Part shown: positions 20,259-29,980 of the stretch, piece after piece
Layout of the letters: every line of letters begins with the position of its first letter
Position numbering within the stretch: the stretch's first letter is position 1
NCBI GenBank assembly: GCA_964426845.1
Contig: CAYRSA010000004.1
Coordinates: 61,845 to 125,844 of the forward strand
Length of the DNA: 64,000 bases
Reading direction: 5' to 3'
From: an uncultured Candidatus Saccharibacteria bacterium
GTDB lineage: Bacteria; Patescibacteriota; Saccharimonadia; Saccharimonadales; JAGQNJ01
The notes under the pieces: model-generated
Told to the model about the DNA's origin: nothing
What the model saw: only the letters and a program-made list of their open reading frames with translations
Database searches by the model: none
Translations under genes and position numbers: made by a program

Positions 20259-21551
20259 CTATACCTTCAATATCCTATCTATTCGTTCGCGAATTGAGCC
20301 GCTTGGTGCGTCAAGTTCTTGACTTAAAGTATCCAGACCAACGCGGAGAAGACCCATAGCGGTTATAAAGGTATGGTCGCTGACATCACCGGTTTTGTCA
20401 ACAATGCCCACCACTTGAGCCGGCTGGATGTGCTCGACCCGTGGCTTCTTGGTAAACGGTAAGCTGTGGTACCAATCGGTGGAATTTAATTCGTGCATTA
20501 GCATTTCCAAGCTAGAGCCACCGCCACACAGGAATAATTTCTGAGGCAAGTGGTCCAACTGGTCGAACTCGCTAAGAGCCAACTCAACTCCTTTTATCCA
20601 AACATTCAGGGTCTTGTCCAAAGCCCGCGTGACATCTTTATTCTGCTGAACCGGATGAGCCGGATCAGACAAGCCAGTTTTCAGAATCTCGGCTTTGTCG
20701 AAAGGAATGTCTAACTCACGTTCAATCGAGCGGGTGTAAGCCCGCCCACCAATACCAAACATCTTAGTACCCTGAACGCCGCCATCGTTAATCACGGCGA
20801 TATCGGTGGTGCCACCGCCCACATCCATCAAAATAGCGCTAATATTAGCGTTGCCGTCGTCGCCGATAACCGAGCGCGCCACCGCAAAAGGTTCGGCCGC
20901 CACGGCTAACAGATCAAGATCCAACTCCTGTGCGGCCCGTTCCAGGGCACCAATGTGAACCAGCGGGGCAAAAGCCGTGTACAGTTGTACAACCACGTCT
21001 TTCCCCTGAAAACCAAGGGGATTTGTAACTTTATATCCGTCGATTTCAATGCCCACCAAGGCCGAGTTAACCAGACGGATCTCGACTTCCTTTCCGCCCA
21101 GCTCCCAGGCAAGCTGACTGCGGGCTTTGGCTTCGGCTCGTTTCTGAACAACTTGAATAATCCGTTCAACTTCTGAGATATCTAGGGGTTTTTCGGCATC
21201 GGCTCGCTTGACTCTAACTGTGGTAGTAGTGCCCTTAACCAACTCGCCGGCGATGCCGATCACCACTGTTCGAGCGCTGATGCCTGCCTGTTCCTCGGCC
21301 TCAGCCAAAGCCTTGTCGCAATTAGCGACCACTCCTGATATATCGGCAATAGCCCCGGCTTGCATGTCGCCCAACCCCTGATGAGCCCGACCAACACCGA
21401 TTATCTCTGCCCCTTTAGGAGTCATTTTGGCAATTAACGCCTTAACGAACTCGGTTCCAATGTCCAGGGCCACAATATAGCGATCCGAACTAACTTTAGT
21501 CGATGTTCTATCTGTAGCGGCCTGTTTCAGCTTCTTTATTTTATCAAGCAT
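20259..21551 (-). CDS. ftsA: FtsA-like actin-fold ATPase
   Basis: ALDIGTEFVKA, AEPFA, MDVGGGTTDIA, LCGGGS; no canonical ftsQ/ftsZ context, so it may be a paralog. Confidence 0.75.
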   Translation of the reverse strand: MLDKIKKLKQAATDRTSTKVSSDRYIVALDIGTEFVKALIAKMTPKGAEIIGVGRAHQGLGDMQAGAIADISGVVANCDKALAEAEEQAGISARTVVIGIAGELVKGTTTTVRVKRADAEKPLDISEVERIIQVVQKRAEAKARSQLAWELGGKEVEIRLVNSALVGIEIDGYKVTNPLGFQGKDVVVQLYTAFAPLVHIGALERAAQELDLDLLAVAAEPFAVARSVIGDDGNANISAILMDVGGGTTDIAVINDGGVQGTKMFGIGGRAYTRSIERELDIPFDKAEILKTGLSDPAHPVQQNKDVTRALDKTLNVWIKGVELALSEFDQLDHLPQKLFLCGGGSSLEMLMHELNSTDWYHSLPFTKKPRVEHIQPAQVVGIVDKTGDVSDHTFITAMGLLRVGLDTLSQELDAPSGSIRERIDRILKV

Positions 21552-21594
21552 AATCCTCAGGTAATTATACCATGAGCGTAAAGAGGTGGCCTAT

Positions 21595-23484
21595 CTATTG
21601 CAGGACAGCCTTAATCCGTCGGATTCCGGCACTCGATGACTCTTCTTTGAGAATCTTGAACTTTTTGCCGTCTTTTGCGAGTTGCAGGGTGTGATCAACA
21701 TGTGGGCCACCGCAGATCTCAAAGCTAAAGGGTTTATCAGCCCCGTCGGCGATCATCTCATAGACCTTAACGGTGTCTCCATACCTATCACCGAATTGGC
21801 CTAAGGCGCCCTTTTCTTCGCGCGCCACTTTGGTCGGATACTCTTTCCAACTAACCTTCAGGTCTTTGGTAATCTGGTCGTTAACGATTTTCTCGACTTC
21901 GTCTAGTTGCTCGCGGGTGACTTTTTCCGGATGGCTAAAGTCAAACCGCAGTCGTTCCTCAGTAATGTTTGAGCCGCGCTGGATGACATGGTCGCCCAAG
22001 ACATCGCGCAGAGCTTGGTACATCAGATGCGTAGCCGTATGGTACTTTTTGTGCTGCAGAGTCTGTCCGCCCAGCCCGCCTTTGAAAGTCCCTTTGGCGG
22101 CCGTTTGCGAACGCTCGCGCTGTTCCTTCATCTTGGCTTCGAATTCTTTTTGCCAATCCTTACTGACTGCTACGTCCTGCATAACGGCCTCTTCAACCGA
22201 TAGCTCAGCCGGAAAGCCATAGGTGTCATAAAGCATAAATACGTGTTCGCCAGTCAGTGTGCCTTGCTCGGCCAATTTCTGGAGCTCCTTCACGCCCTTG
22301 CGCAGGGTCTGTCGGAATACTTTTTCCTCACGAGTAAGCGTTTCTAGGATCTGGTCTTTATTCTTAGCCATCTCCGGAAAATCATCCTCATACAGGCCGA
22401 CAATCACCGGCACCACTTCTTGCAGGAAGTTTTGCTCGACACCCAGTTCAAAGGCAAAACGAATGGCTCGGCGCAGTAGCCGGCGCATGACATAACCCTG
22501 CTCTTTGTTGGATGGAGTCACGCCATCAACAGCTAACCAGGTCGCTCCGCGTAAGTGGTCGGCTATCACGCGCATTGAGTTAGTATTGGACTCATATTCT
22601 TTGCTACTGATGTCCTGCAACTTTTCAATTATTGGCCACAACAAGCTAATCTTGAAGACGTCGGGGTTGTCGATAGCGGCGGCGGCAATGCGCTCTAGGC
22701 CTCCCCCAAAATCAACGTTGGGTTTAGGTAATTCTTCAAAGCCGGACTCGGTCCGCTTGTACTGCATAAAGACTTGGTTGCCGATTTCAATGAAGCGACC
22801 GGAATCACTGGCTGGGTGTGGCTGGCCATAGCCCTCAGAGTGATTAGCCGGCCCAAAGTCGTAAAACACTTCGCTATCAGGTCCGCAGGGGTCGCCCATT
22901 GGTGTTCCATCGATACCACTACCTCGCGACCACCAGTTTTCGCCGTCGTCGTAAAAGAAGACCCTCTCGCCTGGTTTCATACCCCGCTTGTCACCGTCGG
23001 CCTGGCTACCGATTTCCGCAATCTTGGCCTCTATGCCTTTAGCCTCAAATAATTTCTGCCAAAGCTCAGCCGCTTCGTCGTCGCGGGGGATGCCGTGTTT
23101 CTTGTCGCCAATGAAGCACGTCACATACAATCGCTCCGGTTCAAGCCCGACAACCTCTGTCAAGAATTCAAAAAACCATGGGATTTGCTCTTTCTTAAAA
23201 TAATCTCCTAATGACCAATTTCCCAGCATCTCAAAAAAGGTAGTGTGTCTATTGTTGCCGACTTCGTCGATATCCTGAGCCCGAATGCATGTCTGGCTAT
23301 CCACCAATCGCACACCCTTGGGATGCGTCTCGCCCAACAAATATGGAATCAACGGCTGCATACCCGAGCCCGTGAACAGTGTGGTTGGGTCGTTTTGGGG
23401 AATTAAAAGGGCCCGCGGAATCACTTTGTGGCCACGGTCTTCAAAAAACTTCAAATAGGCGTTGCGAATTTCCTGGGCGTTCAT
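21595..23484 (-). CDS. alaS: Alanine--tRNA ligase (short form without C-Ala)
   Basis: DPTTLFT, HTTFFEMLGN, CGPDSE, GLER, HTATH editing motif, EICGGPH. Confidence 0.96.
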   Translation of the reverse strand: MNAQEIRNAYLKFFEDRGHKVIPRALLIPQNDPTTLFTGSGMQPLIPYLLGETHPKGVRLVDSQTCIRAQDIDEVGNNRHTTFFEMLGNWSLGDYFKKEQIPWFFEFLTEVVGLEPERLYVTCFIGDKKHGIPRDDEAAELWQKLFEAKGIEAKIAEIGSQADGDKRGMKPGERVFFYDDGENWWSRGSGIDGTPMGDPCGPDSEVFYDFGPANHSEGYGQPHPASDSGRFIEIGNQVFMQYKRTESGFEELPKPNVDFGGGLERIAAAAIDNPDVFKISLLWPIIEKLQDISSKEYESNTNSMRVIADHLRGATWLAVDGVTPSNKEQGYVMRRLLRRAIRFAFELGVEQNFLQEVVPVIVGLYEDDFPEMAKNKDQILETLTREEKVFRQTLRKGVKELQKLAEQGTLTGEHVFMLYDTYGFPAELSVEEAVMQDVAVSKDWQKEFEAKMKEQRERSQTAAKGTFKGGLGGQTLQHKKYHTATHLMYQALRDVLGDHVIQRGSNITEERLRFDFSHPEKVTREQLDEVEKIVNDQITKDLKVSWKEYPTKVAREEKGALGQFGDRYGDTVKVYEMIADGADKPFSFEICGGPHVDHTLQLAKDGKKFKILKEESSSAGIRRIKAVLQ

Positions 23485-23576
23485 TGCAAGAATTATAACA
23501 GAGGTAAGTTGGGCCGGCAACCCGGTTAATATTGACTAAGTGTTCGCGAAAGCGTAGGTTTTCTACGGAGACCCAT

Positions 23577-23915
23577 ATGATTGTAGAAACTTTTGGTGAG
23601 CGGACCGGAGTGGAGGTTCGAATGAACAATACTGAGGCGGTCATTTATGGCCAATCGGCTTTTCCAACCTTTTCTTTAACAGGATTACGCTTTCGCTGGC
23701 GTTCATTACAGGCATTTAACCAGCATCGGCCGGCTTTGGTAAGTACACATAGTTGGGAGGAATTTACACAAATCGCAGACAACCTAATTCGTACGGCCAC
23801 AGATGTTTATCCAGATCAAAGTTATGGAGCCAGAATTCTCACGGATATGGCTCACGCTGCCGGAAGCGTCGCGATAGAAGCCGATATTGCTCAACACAGC
23901 CAAACCGGCGCCTAA
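23577..23915 (+). CDS. Hypothetical protein (112 aa)
   Basis: GGAG SD before ATG 23577; fills the alaS-mnmA gap. Confidence 0.55.
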   Translation: MIVETFGERTGVEVRMNNTEAVIYGQSAFPTFSLTGLRFRWRSLQAFNQHRPALVSTHSWEEFTQIADNLIRTATDVYPDQSYGARILTDMAHAAGSVAIEADIAQHSQTGA

Positions 23916-23936
23916 GCCTGGTTTAAATGATTAACC

Positions 23937-24983
23937 TTAAAGTATTCCGCCGCCTAAGACTAAATCACCTTGATAAATCACTGCCGATTGGCCAGGGGTG
24001 GCGGCTCTGATCTCGTCCTGTAACGCTACATCTAGCGTACCCTTGCCGGACGGCGCTATATCTAGCGTACCGTTGACCAGCGGCGCCCTATGCCTAGTAC
24101 GAATTTGAACTTTAGCGCCTTTTGCCGGCACGTCGTTTATCCAATGCACGTCCTTCAGTTCCAGCTCTTTGTACCACAGTCGTTTGTCGTCTAGGTTAGT
24201 GGTCACATAAACTTCATTCTTGTTCATATCTTTAGCGGTGACGTAATAAGGCATACCCCCGCCGACACCCAGACCCTGCCGCTGGCCGATGGTGTAGAAA
24301 ATCGCACCGTCGTGCTGGCCGACCACCTGGCCATTTTCATCAATAATGTCGCCGGGTTTGGTTTTCACATACTGGCTGAGGAATTCTTTGATGCCGACCT
24401 TGCCGACAAAGCAAATACCCATGCTTTCTTTTTTGCCAGCCGTGGCCAGGCCGAATTTTTTAGCCAGCTTGCGGACTTCCGGCTTGGTGTATTCGCCTAA
24501 TGGAAATAAAGTTTTCCGTAGAGCCTCTTCGGTCACTCTGTATAAAAAGTAAGTTTGGTCTTTATTGTCATCTTTAGCTTTCAGTAACTGGCCATCCTTG
24601 ACACGGGCGTAGTGCCCGGTAGCAATTAGGTCAGCGCCCTCTTCTAAGCAGGTCTCCAAGAATAGCTTAAACTTGACCTCTTGGTTGCACATGATATCCG
24701 GATTCGGTGTCCGGCCGGCCTTGTACTCAGCAATCATGTAGTCGACAACTTTGTGTTTATACTCTTTCTCGAAGTCAAAAACCTTGAAGTCGATGCCCAG
24801 CTGAACGGCTACCCGTTTAGCATCCTCGAAGTCCTCTTTCCAGGGACAAACAAAGCCGGGCAGGCTCTTAGTCCAATTCTTCATGTAGACTCCAACAACT
24901 TTATAGCCCTCGTCTTTAAGTAGAGCCGCCGTCACCGACGAATCAACCCCACCACTCATACCAACATAAACTGTTTTAGCCAT
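23937..24983 (-). CDS. mnmA: tRNA 2-thiouridylase MnmA
   Basis: SGGVDS, TPNPDIMCN, ATGHY, KDQTYF, SMGICF, TPGQ. Confidence 0.97.
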   Translation of the reverse strand: MAKTVYVGMSGGVDSSVTAALLKDEGYKVVGVYMKNWTKSLPGFVCPWKEDFEDAKRVAVQLGIDFKVFDFEKEYKHKVVDYMIAEYKAGRTPNPDIMCNQEVKFKLFLETCLEEGADLIATGHYARVKDGQLLKAKDDNKDQTYFLYRVTEEALRKTLFPLGEYTKPEVRKLAKKFGLATAGKKESMGICFVGKVGIKEFLSQYVKTKPGDIIDENGQVVGQHDGAIFYTIGQRQGLGVGGGMPYYVTAKDMNKNEVYVTTNLDDKRLWYKELELKDVHWINDVPAKGAKVQIRTRHRAPLVNGTLDIAPSGKGTLDVALQDEIRAATPGQSAVIYQGDLVLGGGIL

Positions 24984-26127
24984 TTATTAACTCTCTGAGG
25001 ATTTTAGCAGTTTGGCTGAGCTGAGCCCGGGTGGTCTGACGACCCATAGTAAACCGCAGAGTCGCCCGCGCCTGTTTATCTGACAAGCCAATGGCTTTCA
25101 GAACCTGCGACGACTCATCCTTGCTAGCGCTACAAGCCGAGCCGACCGTGCACATGATCCCCGCGATGTCCAGTTGCATCATTAAACGTTCATTATCTGT
25201 GGCTGGGAAAGTGATACTGACGTTGTTAGGCAGGCGTTTCTTCAGCGACCCATTGATCACCGCCGCCGGAATGGCCTCGGTTATTTGCTTAATAAAATCG
25301 TCGCGCAGCTGAGTTAGTCTTTTTACCTCCGTGGTCCGCATTTTCTGAGCAAGGTCTAGAGCTTTAGCAAAACCAATCGCTCCGGCTACATTCTCGGTAC
25401 CAGACCGCAGACCGCGCTCTTGGCCGCCGCCCAAAATTTGAGCATTCAAAGACGTCCCGGTGCGAACATATAAAACGCCGGTTTGTTTCGGCCCGTAAAT
25501 TTTACCGCCGTTTAGGGTCATCAGATCAACGCCTAGGCGGGCAGTATGTATATCCAGGTAGTTACCAGCTTGGCAGGCATCGGTGTGGAAGAACAAGGGC
25601 TGGTCATTATTATCAGCCCTTCTCTGTAGTTTAACTTTTTGCAATAATGTCGCTATTTCTCGCAGTGGCTGGATGGTACCAATCTCATTGTTGGCGTACA
25701 TGATACTGACCAGCACGGTTTTGTCATCGATTAACTTCTCTAAAGCTGCCACATCTACCAGCCCGTCGTTAGTAACTGGCACCTCTCGCACATCATGCTG
25801 AGAGGCTGGCTCCCTAATAGACTCATGCTCGATCGCACTAATAACTACATTACAGCCAGGAAACTGGCTCATAACTCCGGCGATTGCCAGATTATTAGCC
25901 TCCGTGCCACCAGCCGTAAAGATAACTTCCGGCGGTTTGGCTCCCAGCCAATGAGCCACTGTCTGACGAGCAGCCAAAAGATCGGCCGCCACCGACTTAG
26001 CTCTAAGATAACCAGCCGAGGGGTTAAAGAACTGCTCAGTAAGATAAGGTTGCATAGCTGCCACCACAGCCGGGTCAACCGGAGTAGCCGCAGCGTAATC
26101 TAGATAAATTGGAGGGTTCTGGCTCAT
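24976..26127 (-). CDS. iscS: Cysteine desulfurase (IscS/NifS family)
   Basis: YLDYAAATP, GGTEANN, HTDACQ, KIYGPK, RSGTEN, GSAC. Confidence 0.92.
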   Translation of the reverse strand: MSQNPPIYLDYAAATPVDPAVVAAMQPYLTEQFFNPSAGYLRAKSVAADLLAARQTVAHWLGAKPPEVIFTAGGTEANNLAIAGVMSQFPGCNVVISAIEHESIREPASQHDVREVPVTNDGLVDVAALEKLIDDKTVLVSIMYANNEIGTIQPLREIATLLQKVKLQRRADNNDQPLFFHTDACQAGNYLDIHTARLGVDLMTLNGGKIYGPKQTGVLYVRTGTSLNAQILGGGQERGLRSGTENVAGAIGFAKALDLAQKMRTTEVKRLTQLRDDFIKQITEAIPAAVINGSLKKRLPNNVSITFPATDNERLMMQLDIAGIMCTVGSACSASKDESSQVLKAIGLSDKQARATLRFTMGRQTTRAQLSQTAKILRELING

Positions 26128-26138
26128 AAGGGACAATT

Positions 26139-26906
26139 CTAAATATTAAACAAGGTCTCGGCATTCTTGGTGGTCGCGGTCGCTATTTCGGCTAATGATT
26201 CACCGCGCAGCTTTGCCAAGAATTCGGCTGTCACCCGCACGTATTTAGGCTCGCAAACTTTACCACGAAATGGAACAGGGGTCAAGAAGGGAGCATCGGT
26301 CTCCAGTAGTAGTCGTGATAAGGGTACAGCTCTGGCCATTTCCAACTGCCTGGCCTCTTTAGTGAAAGTCATTATGCCGTTTAAGCCAATATAAAGCCCT
26401 CTACGCAATATTTCGTTCATTTCGTCCAATGTACCGGTGAAACTGTGTACGACGCCTCTAACCCCCTCAAAATCGTCGAGAATTGCGAAAAAGTCGCTGA
26501 AAGCCTCACGGACATGAAAAATCATCGGCAAGCCGAATTCTTGGGCCAGATTCAGCTGAAAGCGCAGTAATTTCTTCTGATCCTCCCGAGGAGAGTTGTC
26601 GTAGTAGTAGTCTAGCCCTGTTTCCCCTATAGCCACGACCTTAGGTTTACCGGCCAAATCACGAAACTCCTGCAAGGCCTTGTCGTCATTAACATATTCG
26701 GCGCCCTCGTGAGGATGCAAGCCAATTGTCGCCCAAACATTATCCTGCCGAGCCGCCATGTCAATGGCCAATTTGCTATCGGTAAGGGTGCAACCTACAC
26801 ACAAGACTTTAGTAACGTCGTCTTTAGCCGCAGCCTCTAACACCTCCTCAGGATCTAATTCATAATCTGGAAAGTGCACATGGGCGTGAGTGTCAATGAA
26901 CTGCAC
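26139..26906 (-). CDS. tatD: TatD family hydrolase
   Basis: DTHAH, GLHPH, GETGLD, ETDAP; GTG start. Confidence 0.93.
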   Translation of the reverse strand: MQFIDTHAHVHFPDYELDPEEVLEAAAKDDVTKVLCVGCTLTDSKLAIDMAARQDNVWATIGLHPHEGAEYVNDDKALQEFRDLAGKPKVVAIGETGLDYYYDNSPREDQKKLLRFQLNLAQEFGLPMIFHVREAFSDFFAILDDFEGVRGVVHSFTGTLDEMNEILRRGLYIGLNGIMTFTKEARQLEMARAVPLSRLLLETDAPFLTPVPFRGKVCEPKYVRVTAEFLAKLRGESLAEIATATTKNAETLFNI

Positions 26907-26911
26907 AGCGG

Positions 26912-28381
26912 CTACCCAGCTTTATTAGCGGTAGGCGGTTTAGCGACAGTTTCAGCCTTGGGGAACAGAGTAGTTTTAGGAGCCCTAATGACACCTTCTT
27001 GGAAAATGTGCCGGATTTTGACGGCCGTTTCCGGCATGAAAGGCTCCAACAGGTCGGCAATCTGCAGCAGACAGCCAACCTGGTAAGCCAGCACCTCTTG
27101 CAAGTGGCCGTCTTTGTCATCCTTAGCCAAGACCCAGGGCTTTTGTTCCTCGATATACTGGTTTAGGCCACGGACTTGCTCCCAGACTTCGTCTAGAGCC
27201 CGGTCGAACTTGCAATCGGCCAGGGCAGTTTTGTACTGACCAGTGTCATGGCCAGGCTCGGGGATATCACCTATAAGGCCATTTTCGTACTGAACAATCA
27301 TGGCCATGGTCCGCTGGACGGCGTTGCCCAGTTCGTTGGCTAGCTCGTTATTGTAGGCTGACTCCAGCTTTTTCCAGCTAAAATTGCCATCGTCGTAGGC
27401 CGGAATATGGCGCAGAAAGAAATAGCGGAAGGTATCAACACCGTATTTGTCGATAACTTCTTTGGGAGCCACCACGTTGCCTAGGGTTTTGCTCATCTTG
27501 CGGCCATCTTCAGCATTGATAAAGCCGTGCACGAAGAGCATTTTAGGCAGAGGTAAGCCCAGCCCAATTAACATCCCGGGCCAAATTGCCGCATGGAAGC
27601 GCAGAATATCCTTGCCGATGACCTGGACATTGGCTGGCCAGAAGCTCTTGAAATCGGCGTGCTCCGGGTAGCCCAGGACCGTAATGTAGTTCATCAGAGC
27701 CTCAAACCAGACGTACATAACCTGGGTTTTGTCGCCCGGCACTGGAATACCCCAGCCAATCTTGTCCTTGGGTCGGGAAATGCTGATGTCTTCCAAGCCT
27801 TCAGTGAAAACACTCAAGATCTCTGCCTTGCGGCTAGCCGGCACAATTCGGAAGCTACCATCGTCGATAGCTTTCTTAATCTGATCAGAAAAAGCCGTTA
27901 ATTTGAAGAAGTAGTTCTCTTCTTTGATCTTTTCGTACTTTCGATTGTGATTAGGACAAACACCCTTGTTAGCTTTGACAACTTGCTCGGTGAAAAAGGC
28001 CTCATCGCCGGTGCAATACCAACCCTCATAGCTACCTTTGTAGATATATTTCTCGAGGTTTTTCCAAATAATCTGAGCCCGTTGCTCATGTCCGGCGTCA
28101 GTGGTTCGTATAAAACGGTCATTGCTAACATTAAGCAACTTGGCTAGATCCCGGTACTGCTGGCTTATGCCATCGACAAAAGCCTGGGGTTGTAGTTTTT
28201 GCTCGGCAGCTTTTTCAGCCATTTTGCCGCCGTGCTCATCGGTGCCAGTACTAAACAGTGTAGTCATCTTCTGTTGCCGAGCAAACCGAGCCAGAACGTC
28301 GGCCTGCAATAGTTCCATAGCAAAGCCAATGTGCGGGGCGGCGTTGGTATAGACAATCGAAGTAGTTACAAAATAATTCAT
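26912..28381 (-). CDS. metG: Methionine--tRNA ligase (short form)
   Basis: PHIG, GTDEHG, YVWFEAL, GKDILRFH, KMSKT. Confidence 0.96.
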   Translation of the reverse strand: MNYFVTTSIVYTNAAPHIGFAMELLQADVLARFARQQKMTTLFSTGTDEHGGKMAEKAAEQKLQPQAFVDGISQQYRDLAKLLNVSNDRFIRTTDAGHEQRAQIIWKNLEKYIYKGSYEGWYCTGDEAFFTEQVVKANKGVCPNHNRKYEKIKEENYFFKLTAFSDQIKKAIDDGSFRIVPASRKAEILSVFTEGLEDISISRPKDKIGWGIPVPGDKTQVMYVWFEALMNYITVLGYPEHADFKSFWPANVQVIGKDILRFHAAIWPGMLIGLGLPLPKMLFVHGFINAEDGRKMSKTLGNVVAPKEVIDKYGVDTFRYFFLRHIPAYDDGNFSWKKLESAYNNELANELGNAVQRTMAMIVQYENGLIGDIPEPGHDTGQYKTALADCKFDRALDEVWEQVRGLNQYIEEQKPWVLAKDDKDGHLQEVLAYQVGCLLQIADLLEPFMPETAVKIRHIFQEGVIRAPKTTLFPKAETVAKPPTANKAG

Positions 28382-28448
28382 CTCTGTTGATTATAGCGAA
28401 CTTCCCTAGAACAACGAAACTTGTTCCGGAATTTCCAGCCCGACGAGT

Positions 28449-29162
28449 TTATATACCCAAGGCTTCTTTGGCTACTGGATCACCGTACTCGCTCAAGTAC
28501 TCTACGACATTGCTTCGTTGGACGCCATTGATAGCGCCGACTTCCGAGAGAGTTAGAACCATATTCGACAACGATAGCATTGGCACAATTTCAATACCAG
28601 TAGCTTCCTGAACTTCGCCAGCTCCACCCTCTTCTCTATCCAAAACAACGAAGTAATCTAGGACTCTCAAGCCCACACCTCGTAAGCCGTTGATTAAATC
28701 TATTTTTGATTTGCCATCAGTAACCACATCATCGACAGCAGCCAAATTATCGCCTACATTCCACTCGCCAAGTACGGGTGTTTTGTTGCCCGAAATCTTC
28801 ACTAAGTCTACTCTCGGCTGTACCAAAGGTACACCAATAGCTCTGGAAATGTCTGGGATATATGAAGTCATGGCTTCTGGTGTTCCGGCAACCCGCGCAT
28901 ACGCTTCATGTGCGTAGTCGAAACCACTAGCCGGCACTCGCGCATGCGCCAAATCCTCCATCATATCTCCCAACATCTCACGGAATGGTTCGAAGGAGAT
29001 GCCTTTTCGCATATCGAGATAATGCGGTGATCTTCGTTCACTCTTTAAAGTAATGTAATCTGCTTCGTCTTCAACGATACCAAAGTATCCTCTTTCGTGA
29101 AGCTGCATGGTCAACTCAAGTTGCTGGCCTTCGCTCAGCAGTAGTTCTCTTCCTTGTGACAT
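28449..29162 (-). CDS. pyrE: Orotate phosphoribosyltransferase
   Basis: TLKSERRSPHYLDMR, PRPP motif AVDDVVTDGKS, VVLDREEG. Confidence 0.85.
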   Translation of the reverse strand: MSQGRELLLSEGQQLELTMQLHERGYFGIVEDEADYITLKSERRSPHYLDMRKGISFEPFREMLGDMMEDLAHARVPASGFDYAHEAYARVAGTPEAMTSYIPDISRAIGVPLVQPRVDLVKISGNKTPVLGEWNVGDNLAAVDDVVTDGKSKIDLINGLRGVGLRVLDYFVVLDREEGGAGEVQEATGIEIVPMLSLSNMVLTLSEVGAINGVQRSNVVEYLSEYGDPVAKEALGI

Positions 29163-29176
29163 GGATTTTTTCCTTG

Positions 29177-29902
29177 TTAGTTTAGTGCCAGTAATTTTTG
29201 GCCAAGCTCGGTAGCTGCGGCTCTAGGGTCTTCAGCTTTGTAAATACCCCCTCCCACGATAGCGTTGAAACGCTGACCAGCAATTTGTCCCGTTTCAGTG
29301 ATATCGCCGCCTTGATCGACAAATCCAGGCGCCCATAAATCAAACTCGCCTTCGCCCAGTTCTTCGTCCAGCAAAGACTTTAACTTAACTAATTCATCAA
29401 CTTTATTTCCTGGGACAACAAAATTACGCACGCCTAACCCAAGGGCTGTGTGAAATATTCTAGGAAAAGCCATGTCGTCTATATATCCACCTTCGGATAC
29501 TGCTTGTTGTTCATGAGTCATTCTTCCTCCGACAATCACTCCGATATCACGATCTTGAAGAGCTTTGACCCAACTATCTACAACTACAGGCCCATTGAAA
29601 GGAAAGACAATTGCAGCATCTACCCCTGCGTTTTCCATTGTCCGTGCAAAATTCATGCCTGTGGCCGGGATATCATTGCCTGCTTTTTGATGGTCGTATA
29701 CAACTACCAGGTCTTCATCAACCTGCCTAGTGAGCTCAACAGCTTGAGGTAGACCAAGCCCTAGGCCAACTTCGAAACCAAGTTTTACTCCGTCAAGTCC
29801 TTCTATTCCCGATAGTTGAGTGATTAGCCCTTCATATTCATGAGGCTGCACATCGGCAGCTAGAAATAGACCTTTGTCGGCTTCTACGATTCGTTCTGAC
29901 AT
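29177..29902 (-). CDS. pyrF: Orotidine-5'-phosphate decarboxylase (divergent)
   Basis: LAADV, GVKLG, YDHQKAGNDIPAT, APGFVDQGG, IVGGGIY..DPRAAA; adjacent to pyrE. Confidence 0.8.
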   Translation of the reverse strand: MSERIVEADKGLFLAADVQPHEYEGLITQLSGIEGLDGVKLGFEVGLGLGLPQAVELTRQVDEDLVVVYDHQKAGNDIPATGMNFARTMENAGVDAAIVFPFNGPVVVDSWVKALQDRDIGVIVGGRMTHEQQAVSEGGYIDDMAFPRIFHTALGLGVRNFVVPGNKVDELVKLKSLLDEELGEGEFDLWAPGFVDQGGDITETGQIAGQRFNAIVGGGIYKAEDPRAAATELGQKLLALN

Positions 29903-29980
29903 ACTACCCTCCGTACCACCCATTAAGTTTTACTTATAATACGCTTGATTTGACATTAGCACCAAGACTGTAATGTTGTG

